DNA from: Myxococcota bacterium
GTDB lineage: Bacteria > Myxococcota_A > UBA796
DNA length: 64,000 nt
Direction: 5' to 3'
NCBI GenBank assembly: GCA_029251165.1
Contig: JAQXDW010000045.1
Location: 290-64,289, forward strand
Below, piece after piece: positions 9,745-18,687 of the stretch. Below the pieces are notes generated by a model. The model ran no database searches and had not been told where the DNA came from. It saw only the letters and a list, made by a program, of their open reading frames with translations. The position numbers and the translations under genes are program-made. The number at the start of each line of letters is the position of its first letter. The first letter of the stretch is position 1.

Positions 9745-11006
9745 TGTCGATCAGCAGGCGAGGACTCGGCGGACTGATGGCGGGCGGGCTGCTCCTGCCC
9801 CGAGCGCTCCAGGCGGCCTCCGGTAGCGGGGATCGGAAGTTCCTGTTTGTCTTCTGTGTGGGCGGCTGGGATCCGACCTGGGTGTTCGCGGATCTGCTGG
9901 GCGCGCAGGATGTCTACACCGATCCGACCGCGGAGCTGGGCACGGCTGGCGGGCTGGAATTTGTCGACTCTGCTGGGCGGCCATCGGTTCGGAGCTTCTT
10001 TGAGCGCTACGGCGACCGGTGCTGCATCCTCAACGGCCTCGAGGTCCGCTCGATCACCCACGAGGCCTGTCGCCGCATCATCCTGACGGGCGGCACCGCT
10101 GGACTGACCGATGACTGGCCCGCAATCATCGCTGGGAACACCACCGACTTCACCCTGCCTGATCTGGTGCTCTCTGGACCGTCCTACACCTCGCAATACA
10201 CCGGCTCGGTGATGCGGGTTGGTCCCGACGGACAGCTCGGGAAGCTGCTGTCCGGGTCCGCCTTGTCCAGCAGCACGCTGCCGACACAGGCCCTCCCCGA
10301 GAGCGCCAACGCTGACATCGAGGCGTTCCTTCGCCGGCGCAGCGCAGCCGCCCAAGAGGTCGCAGCCGGTCAGTCCGCACAGTTCCTCCGGGACTTCGAC
10401 ACCTCGCTCGGGCAGCTTGATGCCATTCGGGCGATATCCGGGCAGCTGGATCTGTCGGTGAACGGTCTGAACTACGTCTACGTCCAGGAGCGCGTGCTCC
10501 CGGCGCTGGACTGCTTCGAGCTTGGGCTGACCCGCTGTGCTGTCGTAGAGCATGCCGGTGAGTGGGACATCGGCTGGGACAGCCACTCTGGCATCGATCG
10601 GCAGGGGGCGCACTACTCGGTGCTGTTTGACGATCTCGCTGGGATCGTGGAGACACTGTCTCAGCGCGCTGGCAGCCAGGGCGGATCGCTGCTCGATGAG
10701 GTCACGGTGGTGGTCTTCTCTGAGATGGGCCGCGCGCCACAGCTCAACGTCACCGGCGGCAAGGACCACTGGACCTACACCTCTGCGATGCTCATCGGCG
10801 CGGGGGTGGCCGGAGGCCAGGTCATCGGCGGCTACGACGACAGCCTCTTTGGGCGCGCGGTCGATCTCCGCACTGGCGCGACCACAGACAGCGGCTCTGG
10901 GCTGACAGCGGCGAACCTCGGGGCCACCCTGCTGGCCATGGCCGATATTGATCCTGCAGAATTTACCGAAGCGGAACCGATCAGCGCGGCGATGTCTGAG
11001 GGCTGA
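9741..11006 (+). CDS. DUF1501 family protein with a twin-arginine signal (sulfatase-like fold)
   Basis: The N-terminus MMSISRRGLGGLMAGGLLLPRALQAA is a Tat-type signal. The gene is paired with a DUF1549/DUF1553 protein immediately upstream. The overlapping 540-aa minus-strand ORF 9528..11150 is judged a high-GC shadow. Confidence 0.7.
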   Translation: MMSISRRGLGGLMAGGLLLPRALQAASGSGDRKFLFVFCVGGWDPTWVFADLLGAQDVYTDPTAELGTAGGLEFVDSAGRPSVRSFFERYGDRCCILNGLEVRSITHEACRRIILTGGTAGLTDDWPAIIAGNTTDFTLPDLVLSGPSYTSQYTGSVMRVGPDGQLGKLLSGSALSSSTLPTQALPESANADIEAFLRRRSAAAQEVAAGQSAQFLRDFDTSLGQLDAIRAISGQLDLSVNGLNYVYVQERVLPALDCFELGLTRCAVVEHAGEWDIGWDSHSGIDRQGAHYSVLFDDLAGIVETLSQRAGSQGGSLLDEVTVVVFSEMGRAPQLNVTGGKDHWTYTSAMLIGAGVAGGQVIGGYDDSLFGRAVDLRTGATTDSGSGLTAANLGATLLAMADIDPAEFTEAEPISAAMSEG

Positions 11007-11034
11007 GCGGCTCAGCGGTGGTGGGCACAGCGCA

Positions 11035-12348
11035 TCAGGTCGCCGCCCATGCCAGCGCACCCGCAAGCAGGCTCGCCAGGAGCCGTCGGCCGACGAGCCG
11101 CGTTCGAGACAGCAGCGCAAAGGCGAACACCCCTCCAGCGGCGGCCGCACCGATGCTCTTCAGCGGGAGGGTCGGATCGATCAGGAGGACGGGCAGCATC
11201 GGAGCCAGCGCGCCGGAGAAGCTGAGGGGAAGCCGCGGCCAGTCTCGGCTCTGCGCCATGTTCTGCATCGCGATCGCGCCGCCGGTCGCCAGGGTCGCCA
11301 GGTAGGGAACGAACAGGGTGTCGTCCTGGAAGTGCCCAAACGCCAGCACCACGATCATCGAGCCCATGGTGGCCGGGAAGATCTCGGTCATGTCGGTCTG
11401 ACGGACATCCTCTGCGGGTACGGCGGCGATGAAGATGCCGTAGAGGGCTGCGAGGGGAAGCGCCCAGCTCCAGCCGCCCAGCGCCCAGGCGAGCGTTCCG
11501 ACGAGGAAGACGGTCAGCCCGCCAGCCTCGGTGAGCCCGCTTCGTCCCCAGGTCAGCACCATCAGCGCCAGCGAGACGATCATTCCCTCGAACCAGCCGG
11601 ACAGCTCCGCCAGTCCCATCCGCAGCGAGCGCTCCAGGATGAGGAAGCAGGCATAGGGAATGAACAGGTTGTCGGTGCCGCGTACGCTGATCGCCTCGGT
11701 GGTGGTCGCCATGATCGCGACGACGAGGGTCACCAGCAGCATCTCTGGCCAGCCGGGACGACCCGCGAGGGCGAGCGCGGCGAGGACGATGGTGAAGGTC
11801 AGCCCGAAGAAGGTCAGCGATCCCTCGACCGAGCGGGCGCCGTCCATCACCCGGTAGCGCCGCCTCCCCACGCGCTTGCCGACGAGCGCTGCGCCAGTGT
11901 CAGAGATGGCGAGCACCACCACGGGCGGGCAGTACAGGAGCGGATCGCCACGGGACAGCCAGAAGATTCCGAGGACTGCGAGCGGGTAGTAGTACGCCCC
12001 TGAGGTCTGCCGCTCCACGCCGTGCACGCTCTCCAGCATCCCGGTCAGCTTTCCGCCGAGCAGGAGCACGAAGAACGCCGCAGCCAGGACGGCAACGGTC
12101 AGGGTGTGGTCGAGGAGCCAGGGAAAGGCCGCGACGATGAAGCCCGCGCCGAGGTGTGACAGCTTGCGGGTGTACTCCGTCTCGATCGAGAAGACGCGCC
12201 GGAGGACCTCACCCGCTGCAAACAGCAGCACGATCCCCACCGCGACTGCTGAGGCTCCTCTCCAGTCTGCCAGCACCGCCGCTGTGATCGCGCCCGGAAG
12301 ATCGGAGGGGATTTCCACACCGCCACTGTACCCTGCGCGAGACCGCAT
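11035..12348 (-). CDS. polytopic membrane protein, CTP-dependent lipid kinase-like (phytol/dolichol kinase / CdsA superfamily)
   Basis: 437 aa with many hydrophobic helices. ISDTGAALVGKRVGRRRYRVMDGARSVEGSLTFFG resembles the D-x-x-A-x-x-x-G...K(T/S)xEGS signature of dolichol/phytol kinases. Confidence 0.4.
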   Translation of the reverse strand: MRSRAGYSGGVEIPSDLPGAITAAVLADWRGASAVAVGIVLLFAAGEVLRRVFSIETEYTRKLSHLGAGFIVAAFPWLLDHTLTVAVLAAAFFVLLLGGKLTGMLESVHGVERQTSGAYYYPLAVLGIFWLSRGDPLLYCPPVVVLAISDTGAALVGKRVGRRRYRVMDGARSVEGSLTFFGLTFTIVLAALALAGRPGWPEMLLVTLVVAIMATTTEAISVRGTDNLFIPYACFLILERSLRMGLAELSGWFEGMIVSLALMVLTWGRSGLTEAGGLTVFLVGTLAWALGGWSWALPLAALYGIFIAAVPAEDVRQTDMTEIFPATMGSMIVVLAFGHFQDDTLFVPYLATLATGGAIAMQNMAQSRDWPRLPLSFSGALAPMLPVLLIDPTLPLKSIGAAAAGGVFAFALLSRTRLVGRRLLASLLAGALAWAAT

Positions 12349-12413
12349 GTGACGATCTCGGAACCGACGGACTTTCCTCTGTCGCGGTAGGATATTGGGC
12401 GCTGAGGGCCGAC

Positions 12414-14105
12414 ATGCGAATCTTCATCATCATGCTGCTCGGGGCCTGCTCAGGGGATGAGCCCGCGCCTGAAGACGGCTTCACCATGCCGCAGGCAGTG
12501 GTGGTCCTGCCCTCCCTTGAGGTCCAGTCACCAGAGCGGGCAGCCTTCATCGGGGCCAGCACTCTTGCGCTGTCTGGCGCTGTGGAAGCGGGCAGCGCGG
12601 CGCTCGATCGGCTGACCCTCAACAGCGACACCGACATCCCCCTCTCCAGCGACGGGGCGTTCAGCGTCCCCATCGGGTTGTCTCCTGGGATCAACATCTT
12701 CAGCCTCCGGGCAGAGGATCTCGGCGGAGAACGTGCGGTAGACGGGCGAGCGGTCTACGCCGGTCCGCTTTACCCGCCGGGGGAGCTGCTGGAGGAGTCG
12801 GTCCGCCTGCAGCTCGGGCCCGAGCTGCTCGACGATGACGACAGCGATCTTGATGACGTCGCCGGCATCGCCGAGTACTTGCTGGAGGATGTGGGCGTCG
12901 CGGATGCGGTCGTCGGGCAGACCATCGAGACTGCCTACGCCGATGTCACGCCGACGTCCCTGGACTTTGGCTCGGTCTCGGTCGATCTCGTCCCGACCAG
13001 CGAGGTGATCCTGGCGGAGGTGGTGCTCCATGACCTGTGGATGGACTTCGACGCCGAGCAGTGGGGGCTGTCCACCGATGGGTCCATCTGGGCAGACGCG
13101 GTGGTCCTGACCACTGTGCTGTCCATCTCTGGAGACACCGTCACCTCAAGCAGCACGGTCCTTGAATTGGAGGGCTACGGCGGCGAGATCGACTGGCTGC
13201 CGGATGCCATCCTGACCTGGGCGGAGGCGTACCTGGAGGAAGAGCTCGCGGCAACCACAGAGGCGCTGGTCACAGACTTGATGGGGGGGTACCTCGGCGC
13301 CTTTGCGATCGACACTGAGCTGCTGGACGGGGTCGTGCTCTCGGTGGCCCTGGCGGATGCCTCGGTGAGCGAAGCGGGCCTCCTGCTCCGGCTGGATGCA
13401 GCGGTTTCCGCGACCAGTGGAACGCTTCCTCCAGAGGCTGGCTCGGCAATCACCGATGGTCCGGCCCCTGACTGGCCCCTGTCAGATGCTCCGTTCTCTG
13501 TCGCAGTGGACGACGACCTGGTCAACCAGCTCTTGTTCGCGCTGTGGGGGGCCGGTGCGCTGTCGGGCTTTGAGTACGACGGCACGGCGCTGATCGCCCT
13601 GACCGGTGCAGAGATCGCGCCCCCGCTCGGACCCCTGGAGCGCCTGACCCTCGACATGGACCTCCCCCCGATGCTGGGCGAAGCCACTCAGGATGACATG
13701 GACGCCGATCTCTCACTGGGAGAGTGGCGCATGGCATTTCACCGAGACGACGGCGCGCTGCTGGCGTTCTCGGTCAACGTCCGGGTCGGCGCGCAGGTGC
13801 GCTTCACAGATGCCGATGCGCTGAGCCTGTCCCTGGACAACCGACCGTCGCTGATCACGATGGCGGTCGGTGTCACCGACTGGCCGTCCTCACTGGACGC
13901 GGGCGATCTGGCCGCGCTGGTCAAGCTGATGGTGCCGCCCCTGCTGGGCAACGCCGACAACTTCCTGCCCAGCATCACCCTCCCGCCGATCGAGCTGGGT
14001 GGCTTCAGCACGTCGATGGACGGCATTGCCCTGACGCCGCAGGCGCTCACGCTGTCTGTGGACGACGGCGGCTGGGTTGTGCTGGACGGCGCCTTCGGTC
14101 CGTGA
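12414..14105 (+). CDS. hypothetical acidic lipoprotein
   Basis: MRIFIIMLLGACSGDEP carries a signal peptide and lipobox. 563 aa, Asp/Leu-rich, no recognisable catalytic motif. Confidence 0.5.
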   Translation: MRIFIIMLLGACSGDEPAPEDGFTMPQAVVVLPSLEVQSPERAAFIGASTLALSGAVEAGSAALDRLTLNSDTDIPLSSDGAFSVPIGLSPGINIFSLRAEDLGGERAVDGRAVYAGPLYPPGELLEESVRLQLGPELLDDDDSDLDDVAGIAEYLLEDVGVADAVVGQTIETAYADVTPTSLDFGSVSVDLVPTSEVILAEVVLHDLWMDFDAEQWGLSTDGSIWADAVVLTTVLSISGDTVTSSSTVLELEGYGGEIDWLPDAILTWAEAYLEEELAATTEALVTDLMGGYLGAFAIDTELLDGVVLSVALADASVSEAGLLLRLDAAVSATSGTLPPEAGSAITDGPAPDWPLSDAPFSVAVDDDLVNQLLFALWGAGALSGFEYDGTALIALTGAEIAPPLGPLERLTLDMDLPPMLGEATQDDMDADLSLGEWRMAFHRDDGALLAFSVNVRVGAQVRFTDADALSLSLDNRPSLITMAVGVTDWPSSLDAGDLAALVKLMVPPLLGNADNFLPSITLPPIELGGFSTSMDGIALTPQALTLSVDDGGWVVLDGAFGP

Positions 14106-14111
14106 GTCGGC

Positions 14112-16604
14112 TCAGCGTGCCGCGAGCGCGGTGGTGAGTGTGGTGTACTCCTCGGAGAGGTAGAATGCGACCAAGGCGGCGATTCGAAGGGTGAGGTCTG
14201 GCAGGATCAGCACGCCGTCCGGACCGCGTCGGGCCAGGGCCGAGCGAAGCCCGACCCGCTCGGCGATCACCAGCTCGGCCGCCAGCCGGCTGTGAACGAG
14301 ACACATCGCACGAACGGTGGCGACCGGATCTCTGGAGAGGAGCAGCGCGGCTCGATCGGCAGTGAGCTGCATGGTGCGGTGGGCGGCCAGGACCCGGGCA
14401 GACTCTTGACCGACATCGTTCGTCTTGGCCTTCTGGGCGGGCATGAGCTTGCCCGCTGCGGCGGAGGCGGTGCCCATGTGCCCCGATGCGGTGCTCGCGG
14501 CACCTCCGGCGAAGTCTCCGAGCTTGCCGATGTTCTCCGCGACGACCTCGGTGAGGTTCGCCGCCTCGTCGACCTCATAGATCTGCCTCAGCCAGCTCAC
14601 CGGAATTACCTGGGCGACCGCCGCGTAGGTCCGCTGCTTTCCGATCAGATCCACCGGGATGAACTTCATGAACGGCAGGAAGAACGCGGCAGCCTCGATG
14701 GCTGTGGTGCCCTTGTCCCAGACGCCAGCCCAGACATCGCTGGAGGTGATTCGGCTGTGTCCGAAGCGGAGGTGGGCGATCTCTGCGCCGATGACTGCGC
14801 GCAGCTCTGCGGGGCGGAGGAAGAGATCGGAGGATGGGTTGAGGTGGTCCCCGCCGATGAGCAGGAACGGCTCCGGTCGCTCGTGGCTTCGGACCCCGAC
14901 ACGCTTCTGGCCCATCGAGATGAACCCGGGCACCGCAGGCATGCCGAGCGCCACGCAAGCACTGGCGATGGCGTCGACCACCTCAGGGTGACGCTGGACA
15001 CTGATCTGCTCGCAGAAGTCCTGGAGCGCCCCTTGCTCTGGCGGGCTGACCCGAGCCAGGGCGGCCTGCAGCCAGCCCATCGTGCCGCTCTCTCGCGCGA
15101 CTGGATGACGGACCGACTCAATCTGCGCAGGAGCGAGGGGGCGAGGCGGCGGTGGGCGATCCGCCTCTGAGGGAGTGAGGCCGCCAGGGTCGAGCAGGGT
15201 TCGGATCTGTGCCGCGCGGGGGGAGAGGAGCGGATCGTCGAGCTGCGCGAGTGCATCAAGGCGGGCGGAGACCAGGGGGAGGTGTCGGGCGAGCGCGGCG
15301 ACGGCGCTCAGCTCGGGGGTCGCATCGGGTCCGCGCGCGATGGCGAGCAGCTCCAGGGTCCGGATGTGCAGCGGTGGTCCGCCTTCTCCGGACGTCAGAT
15401 CCGCACCCGGTGGGGGCAGGACGGCGCGCAGCTCTTCATCCGGCAGCTTCTCCCAGCGGGGCTCCAAGATGGTCACCGCCTCGGCCCGACGGTCGGAGAT
15501 GATGAGGTGCTCGGCGAGCTCGAGATCGATCTCGGCCTGGGCGGACAGGTCCGTCACCTCGGCGAGCTGGAGGTCGCGGATCTGGCGATGAAGCGGGATG
15601 GCCCAGCTCGCGCTGTCGGTGGAGAGGGCGTCGAGCACCTCACCCAGCAGCATCCGAGACTCGGAGAGCGGCTGCTCCCACCGACGCGCCCAGAGGGTGA
15701 GGCGACCGGCGTCGGAGTCGGTGGTGGTCAGGTCACGCAGCGCTGCGCGTCGGCCGGCTGGATCCGAGCAGAGCACGGCCCGTGACAGCCGGTCGAGGGG
15801 GTCGAGGCTCTGGATGGCATCGAGCAGGGCTGTGGCAGCACCGGGATGACTCCGGAGGGCCAGCAGTCGAGCGGCTGCGCGCAGGCGACGATCCCGACTC
15901 TTGGCAGGGAGGGCATGCAGCGGAATGAGCCGCTCTAGACCACCCCGGGGCAGGCGCCATGTGTGCTCTCCGAGCATCGCGGTGTCTCGGGTGAGGCGGT
16001 TCTCCGTCAGCACGATGGGGGCCGCCGGCAGAGACTGCGTGTGGGCCTCGCCGTAGCGAGAGATGGCGACCAGTAGGGTGCGATCGGCGGTCATCAAGAA
16101 CCACATCGGAGCATCAACCTGACCGCCAATAGAGTCCGGGAAGGTGTGCTCTGATGCTGTCGGCAGCCAGGCGATGAGGGGCTCATTCGGGGCCAGCGCG
16201 CTGGAGAGCCAGAGGGTCTCCAGCGCGTCGCTGGGCTGCACAAACGGCCCGTCTGTTCGCGGCGGACGAACGGGATGAGCCGCTGCGATGCTCAGGCGGG
16301 TCCGGGCGATCATCACCCGGACGCGGTCGCCGGAGCCGATGGGGAGGGTGAACGCCTGGCCGCCGATGGCAATGCGATCCCCCATCGCCCGTCCCTGAAA
16401 GCGCAGCTCGGTGGCGCGTCCGAGATCGAGGACGGCACCAGGCGCGCCGGCGACTCCAGCAATGAACACTCCTCGGTCGGTGTGGCACAGCCAGGCGGGG
16501 GCCACGCCGCCGCCAGGAAGGGCGATGGGCTCCTTGAGGGCGATCTGTTCGTGGAGGGTGCCGAGCGCGTGGCCCATCAGGTAGCGGGCGAGCGGAGAGT
16601 CCAT
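14112..16604 (-). CDS. large protein with a C-terminal M48-like (HtpX/Ste24-like) domain and a degenerate zinc motif
   Basis: ELRAVIGAEIAHLRFGHS...QLTADRAALLLSRDPVATVRAM aligns to the M48 layout (AHELGH ... ADxxA...gdP), but the first His of HExxH is Ala. The start is taken at ATG 16604, which is preceded by GGGAGG 8 nt upstream and overlaps the upstream gene's stop; the ORF-track start is 16649. Confidence 0.5.
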   Translation of the reverse strand: MDSPLARYLMGHALGTLHEQIALKEPIALPGGGVAPAWLCHTDRGVFIAGVAGAPGAVLDLGRATELRFQGRAMGDRIAIGGQAFTLPIGSGDRVRVMIARTRLSIAAAHPVRPPRTDGPFVQPSDALETLWLSSALAPNEPLIAWLPTASEHTFPDSIGGQVDAPMWFLMTADRTLLVAISRYGEAHTQSLPAAPIVLTENRLTRDTAMLGEHTWRLPRGGLERLIPLHALPAKSRDRRLRAAARLLALRSHPGAATALLDAIQSLDPLDRLSRAVLCSDPAGRRAALRDLTTTDSDAGRLTLWARRWEQPLSESRMLLGEVLDALSTDSASWAIPLHRQIRDLQLAEVTDLSAQAEIDLELAEHLIISDRRAEAVTILEPRWEKLPDEELRAVLPPPGADLTSGEGGPPLHIRTLELLAIARGPDATPELSAVAALARHLPLVSARLDALAQLDDPLLSPRAAQIRTLLDPGGLTPSEADRPPPPRPLAPAQIESVRHPVARESGTMGWLQAALARVSPPEQGALQDFCEQISVQRHPEVVDAIASACVALGMPAVPGFISMGQKRVGVRSHERPEPFLLIGGDHLNPSSDLFLRPAELRAVIGAEIAHLRFGHSRITSSDVWAGVWDKGTTAIEAAAFFLPFMKFIPVDLIGKQRTYAAVAQVIPVSWLRQIYEVDEAANLTEVVAENIGKLGDFAGGAASTASGHMGTASAAAGKLMPAQKAKTNDVGQESARVLAAHRTMQLTADRAALLLSRDPVATVRAMCLVHSRLAAELVIAERVGLRSALARRGPDGVLILPDLTLRIAALVAFYLSEEYTTLTTALAAR

Positions 16605-16608
16605 CGGG

Positions 16609-18255
16609 TCAGCCTCCCAGAAGCTTCGCTGCAAGCTGTGGCTCTCCACCGATCTTGAGGAGCTGGGCGACGCGCTTTGTGAAGTCGGGATCCTTGTTGA
16701 GGTAGGCCCCGGCGCGGACCGCCTCCAGGTTGCCGCGTCGTGCCTGGGCGGCTGCGAGGACGACGATGCCGACCCCCTGCGGTCCGCCAGGCTGGCTGAG
16801 TGCGACAGTGACGGCTTCTTCCCAGGATCCGCTTCCCGCCAGCGCGATGGCGTAGTGGTCGATGATCATGCCGCGCGGCGGACAGCCCCGCTCTTCGATG
16901 GCCCACTTCGCGATCTCGGCGGCCTTTCGGGTCTGCTTGTCCTCGATGTGGGCGGATACGATGAGATCGCAGACGTCGCGGTAGGGGGGATCACCCTCGA
17001 GGGCCATGACCAGCAGCGGCAGCGCCTTGTCCAGCTCCTTGTCTCGGTGGTAGTACCAGCCGAGCCCGGCACCCGTGAAGGGGCTGGGCGAGACCCGATG
17101 GGCAGCCTCCCAGACCGTTCGGCTGTCCTGCCACTCCGGCAGCCGCAGCTGGAGCGCGATGATTCCGGGGATGGCAATGGCGGGCGCCAGCCATCGCGGC
17201 GGACGGGGAAGGACGGCCGCCATCGACAGCGCGAGACCGGCGAGGGCAAAGTAGAGGTAGCGCTCTCCGAGGAGGCCCTTGTCGAGGGTCGCGGCGAGGC
17301 TGGGGGCAAACGCGAGGCCGGCCCACAGCAGGCCGACCACCACCAGGGCATCCAGCCGGCTCTTGACCAGCGCGGCGACGACCAGCGCTCCGAACACCAG
17401 CAGCCCAGGAATGTTGGTGGCGATGTCGGGGAGGTAGCTGACGTGGCGTGCAGGACTCAGCGGCCATGGGAAAACCAGCAGGCGACCATACAGCGCGATG
17501 ATCTCCGCTGAGCGCCCGACGATGAGGGCGTAGCTGGACTCGCCGGGCATGATGCCCTCGTTGATCTCTGCGAGGCTGCGCAGTCCAAGGTAGAGGCCTG
17601 CGCTGATGATGAACGGCAGGTAGCGCTTGAGATCACCGGGGCGCTTGAAGCGGGCCAGATCGAGCACCACCAGCATGACCGGGGCGAGCACGGCGCTCTC
17701 CTTGGAGAGCAGCCCGCCGAGGAACAGCAGGCCCGCTCCGACAGCCTTTCTGGAGTCGAATTCCCGGTCGCTGACCAGCCAGATGGCGAACAGGCTCATC
17801 GCAGCGGCCATCGAGTCATTGCGCGCAGCGACCAGGGCGAGGACCTCAGCATTGACCGGGTGGAGGGCGAACAGGGTCGCGGCAGTGATCGCGGCGGCGG
17901 GGGTGACCAGCTTTCGGATCAGTCCGTGCAGCGCGACCACGACCAGGAGGTGCCACAGCAGGGAGTGAACGTGCGCGGCGGTCGCTGATAGACCGAACAG
18001 GGCGCGATCCACAGCCAGCGACAGCAGGAACATCGGCCGATAGTAGCCGCTCTTGAGGGCCTCCAGTCGCGTGGTCCCCCACAGATCCCGGGTGAAGAAT
18101 TCACCGATGTTGGCGAGAGAACCCGTGACCTGGTTGTCAAGGATCAAAGCCTCATCATCCCAGGACCAGCCCACCCCCCACAGTCGAGCGTAGGCCAGGG
18201 TTGTCACCAGCAGCAGGATCAACAGCGAGCGGTTTCGACGCAGCCAGGGGTTCAC
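16609..18255 (-). CDS. TMTC-like integral membrane glycosyltransferase (GT-C/PMT_2/DUF1736-type) with C-terminal TPR-like repeats
   Basis: About 10 predicted TM helices at the N-terminus with a WDDEALILDN motif (the FDDxxxIxxN motif of TMTC/PMT-like enzymes). The C-terminal soluble region has TPR-like helices. Confidence 0.6.
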   Translation of the reverse strand: MNPWLRRNRSLLILLLVTTLAYARLWGVGWSWDDEALILDNQVTGSLANIGEFFTRDLWGTTRLEALKSGYYRPMFLLSLAVDRALFGLSATAAHVHSLLWHLLVVVALHGLIRKLVTPAAAITAATLFALHPVNAEVLALVAARNDSMAAAMSLFAIWLVSDREFDSRKAVGAGLLFLGGLLSKESAVLAPVMLVVLDLARFKRPGDLKRYLPFIISAGLYLGLRSLAEINEGIMPGESSYALIVGRSAEIIALYGRLLVFPWPLSPARHVSYLPDIATNIPGLLVFGALVVAALVKSRLDALVVVGLLWAGLAFAPSLAATLDKGLLGERYLYFALAGLALSMAAVLPRPPRWLAPAIAIPGIIALQLRLPEWQDSRTVWEAAHRVSPSPFTGAGLGWYYHRDKELDKALPLLVMALEGDPPYRDVCDLIVSAHIEDKQTRKAAEIAKWAIEERGCPPRGMIIDHYAIALAGSGSWEEAVTVALSQPGGPQGVGIVVLAAAQARRGNLEAVRAGAYLNKDPDFTKRVAQLLKIGGEPQLAAKLLGG

Positions 18256-18300
18256 AGCAACTCCCGAGGAGCCCTATCATACGCATCGAATCAAAGGAGG

Positions 18301-18684
18301 ATGATGATGCGGACGATGGTACTGGCGCTGCTTATCGCGGGATGTGGGGACAAGGGGGACTCTGGTGTCGCTGAGCTGACCTTCGAGGAGGTCGACGCGG
18401 TCCTGGTTCAGTCCTGCGGCTTCTCTTCCTGTCATGGCGGCGCAGCGGGCGGGCTGACCCTGGATGGCGAGGACGATCATGCGGCCCTCGTCGGGGTGGC
18501 GAGCACGGCACAGACCGGTGCGACCCTGGTGGTCTCCGGAGATGCTGACGGCAGCTACCTCATCGAGAAGATGGAAGGTGGCAGCAGCATCATCGGAGAT
18601 CCGATGCCGCCTTCAGGGCTGCTGGACCAGGCCACCATCGATCAGATCCGCGACTGGATCGATCGCGGCGCGCCCAGCGACTGA
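18301..18684 (+). CDS. small PSCyt1-like (planctomycete cytochrome C domain) lipoprotein
   Basis: Lipobox LLIAGC. SCGFSSCHGGAAGGLTLDG...MPPSGLLDQATIDQIRDWIDRGAP fits the PSCyt1 pattern (C..CHG...GGL.L...MPP...L...I..WI..GA). AAAGGAGG lies just upstream of the ATGATGATG start. Confidence 0.6.
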   Translation: MMMRTMVLALLIAGCGDKGDSGVAELTFEEVDAVLVQSCGFSSCHGGAAGGLTLDGEDDHAALVGVASTAQTGATLVVSGDADGSYLIEKMEGGSSIIGDPMPPSGLLDQATIDQIRDWIDRGAPSD

Positions 18685-18687
18685 GGC

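Noticed and set aside
9528-11150. 540-aa minus-strand ORF
   Set aside because: It overlaps the DUF1501 gene completely. The plus strand has a clear Tat signal and operon overlaps; the minus-strand product is Arg/Pro/Ala-rich low-complexity sequence typical of GC-rich antisense frames.
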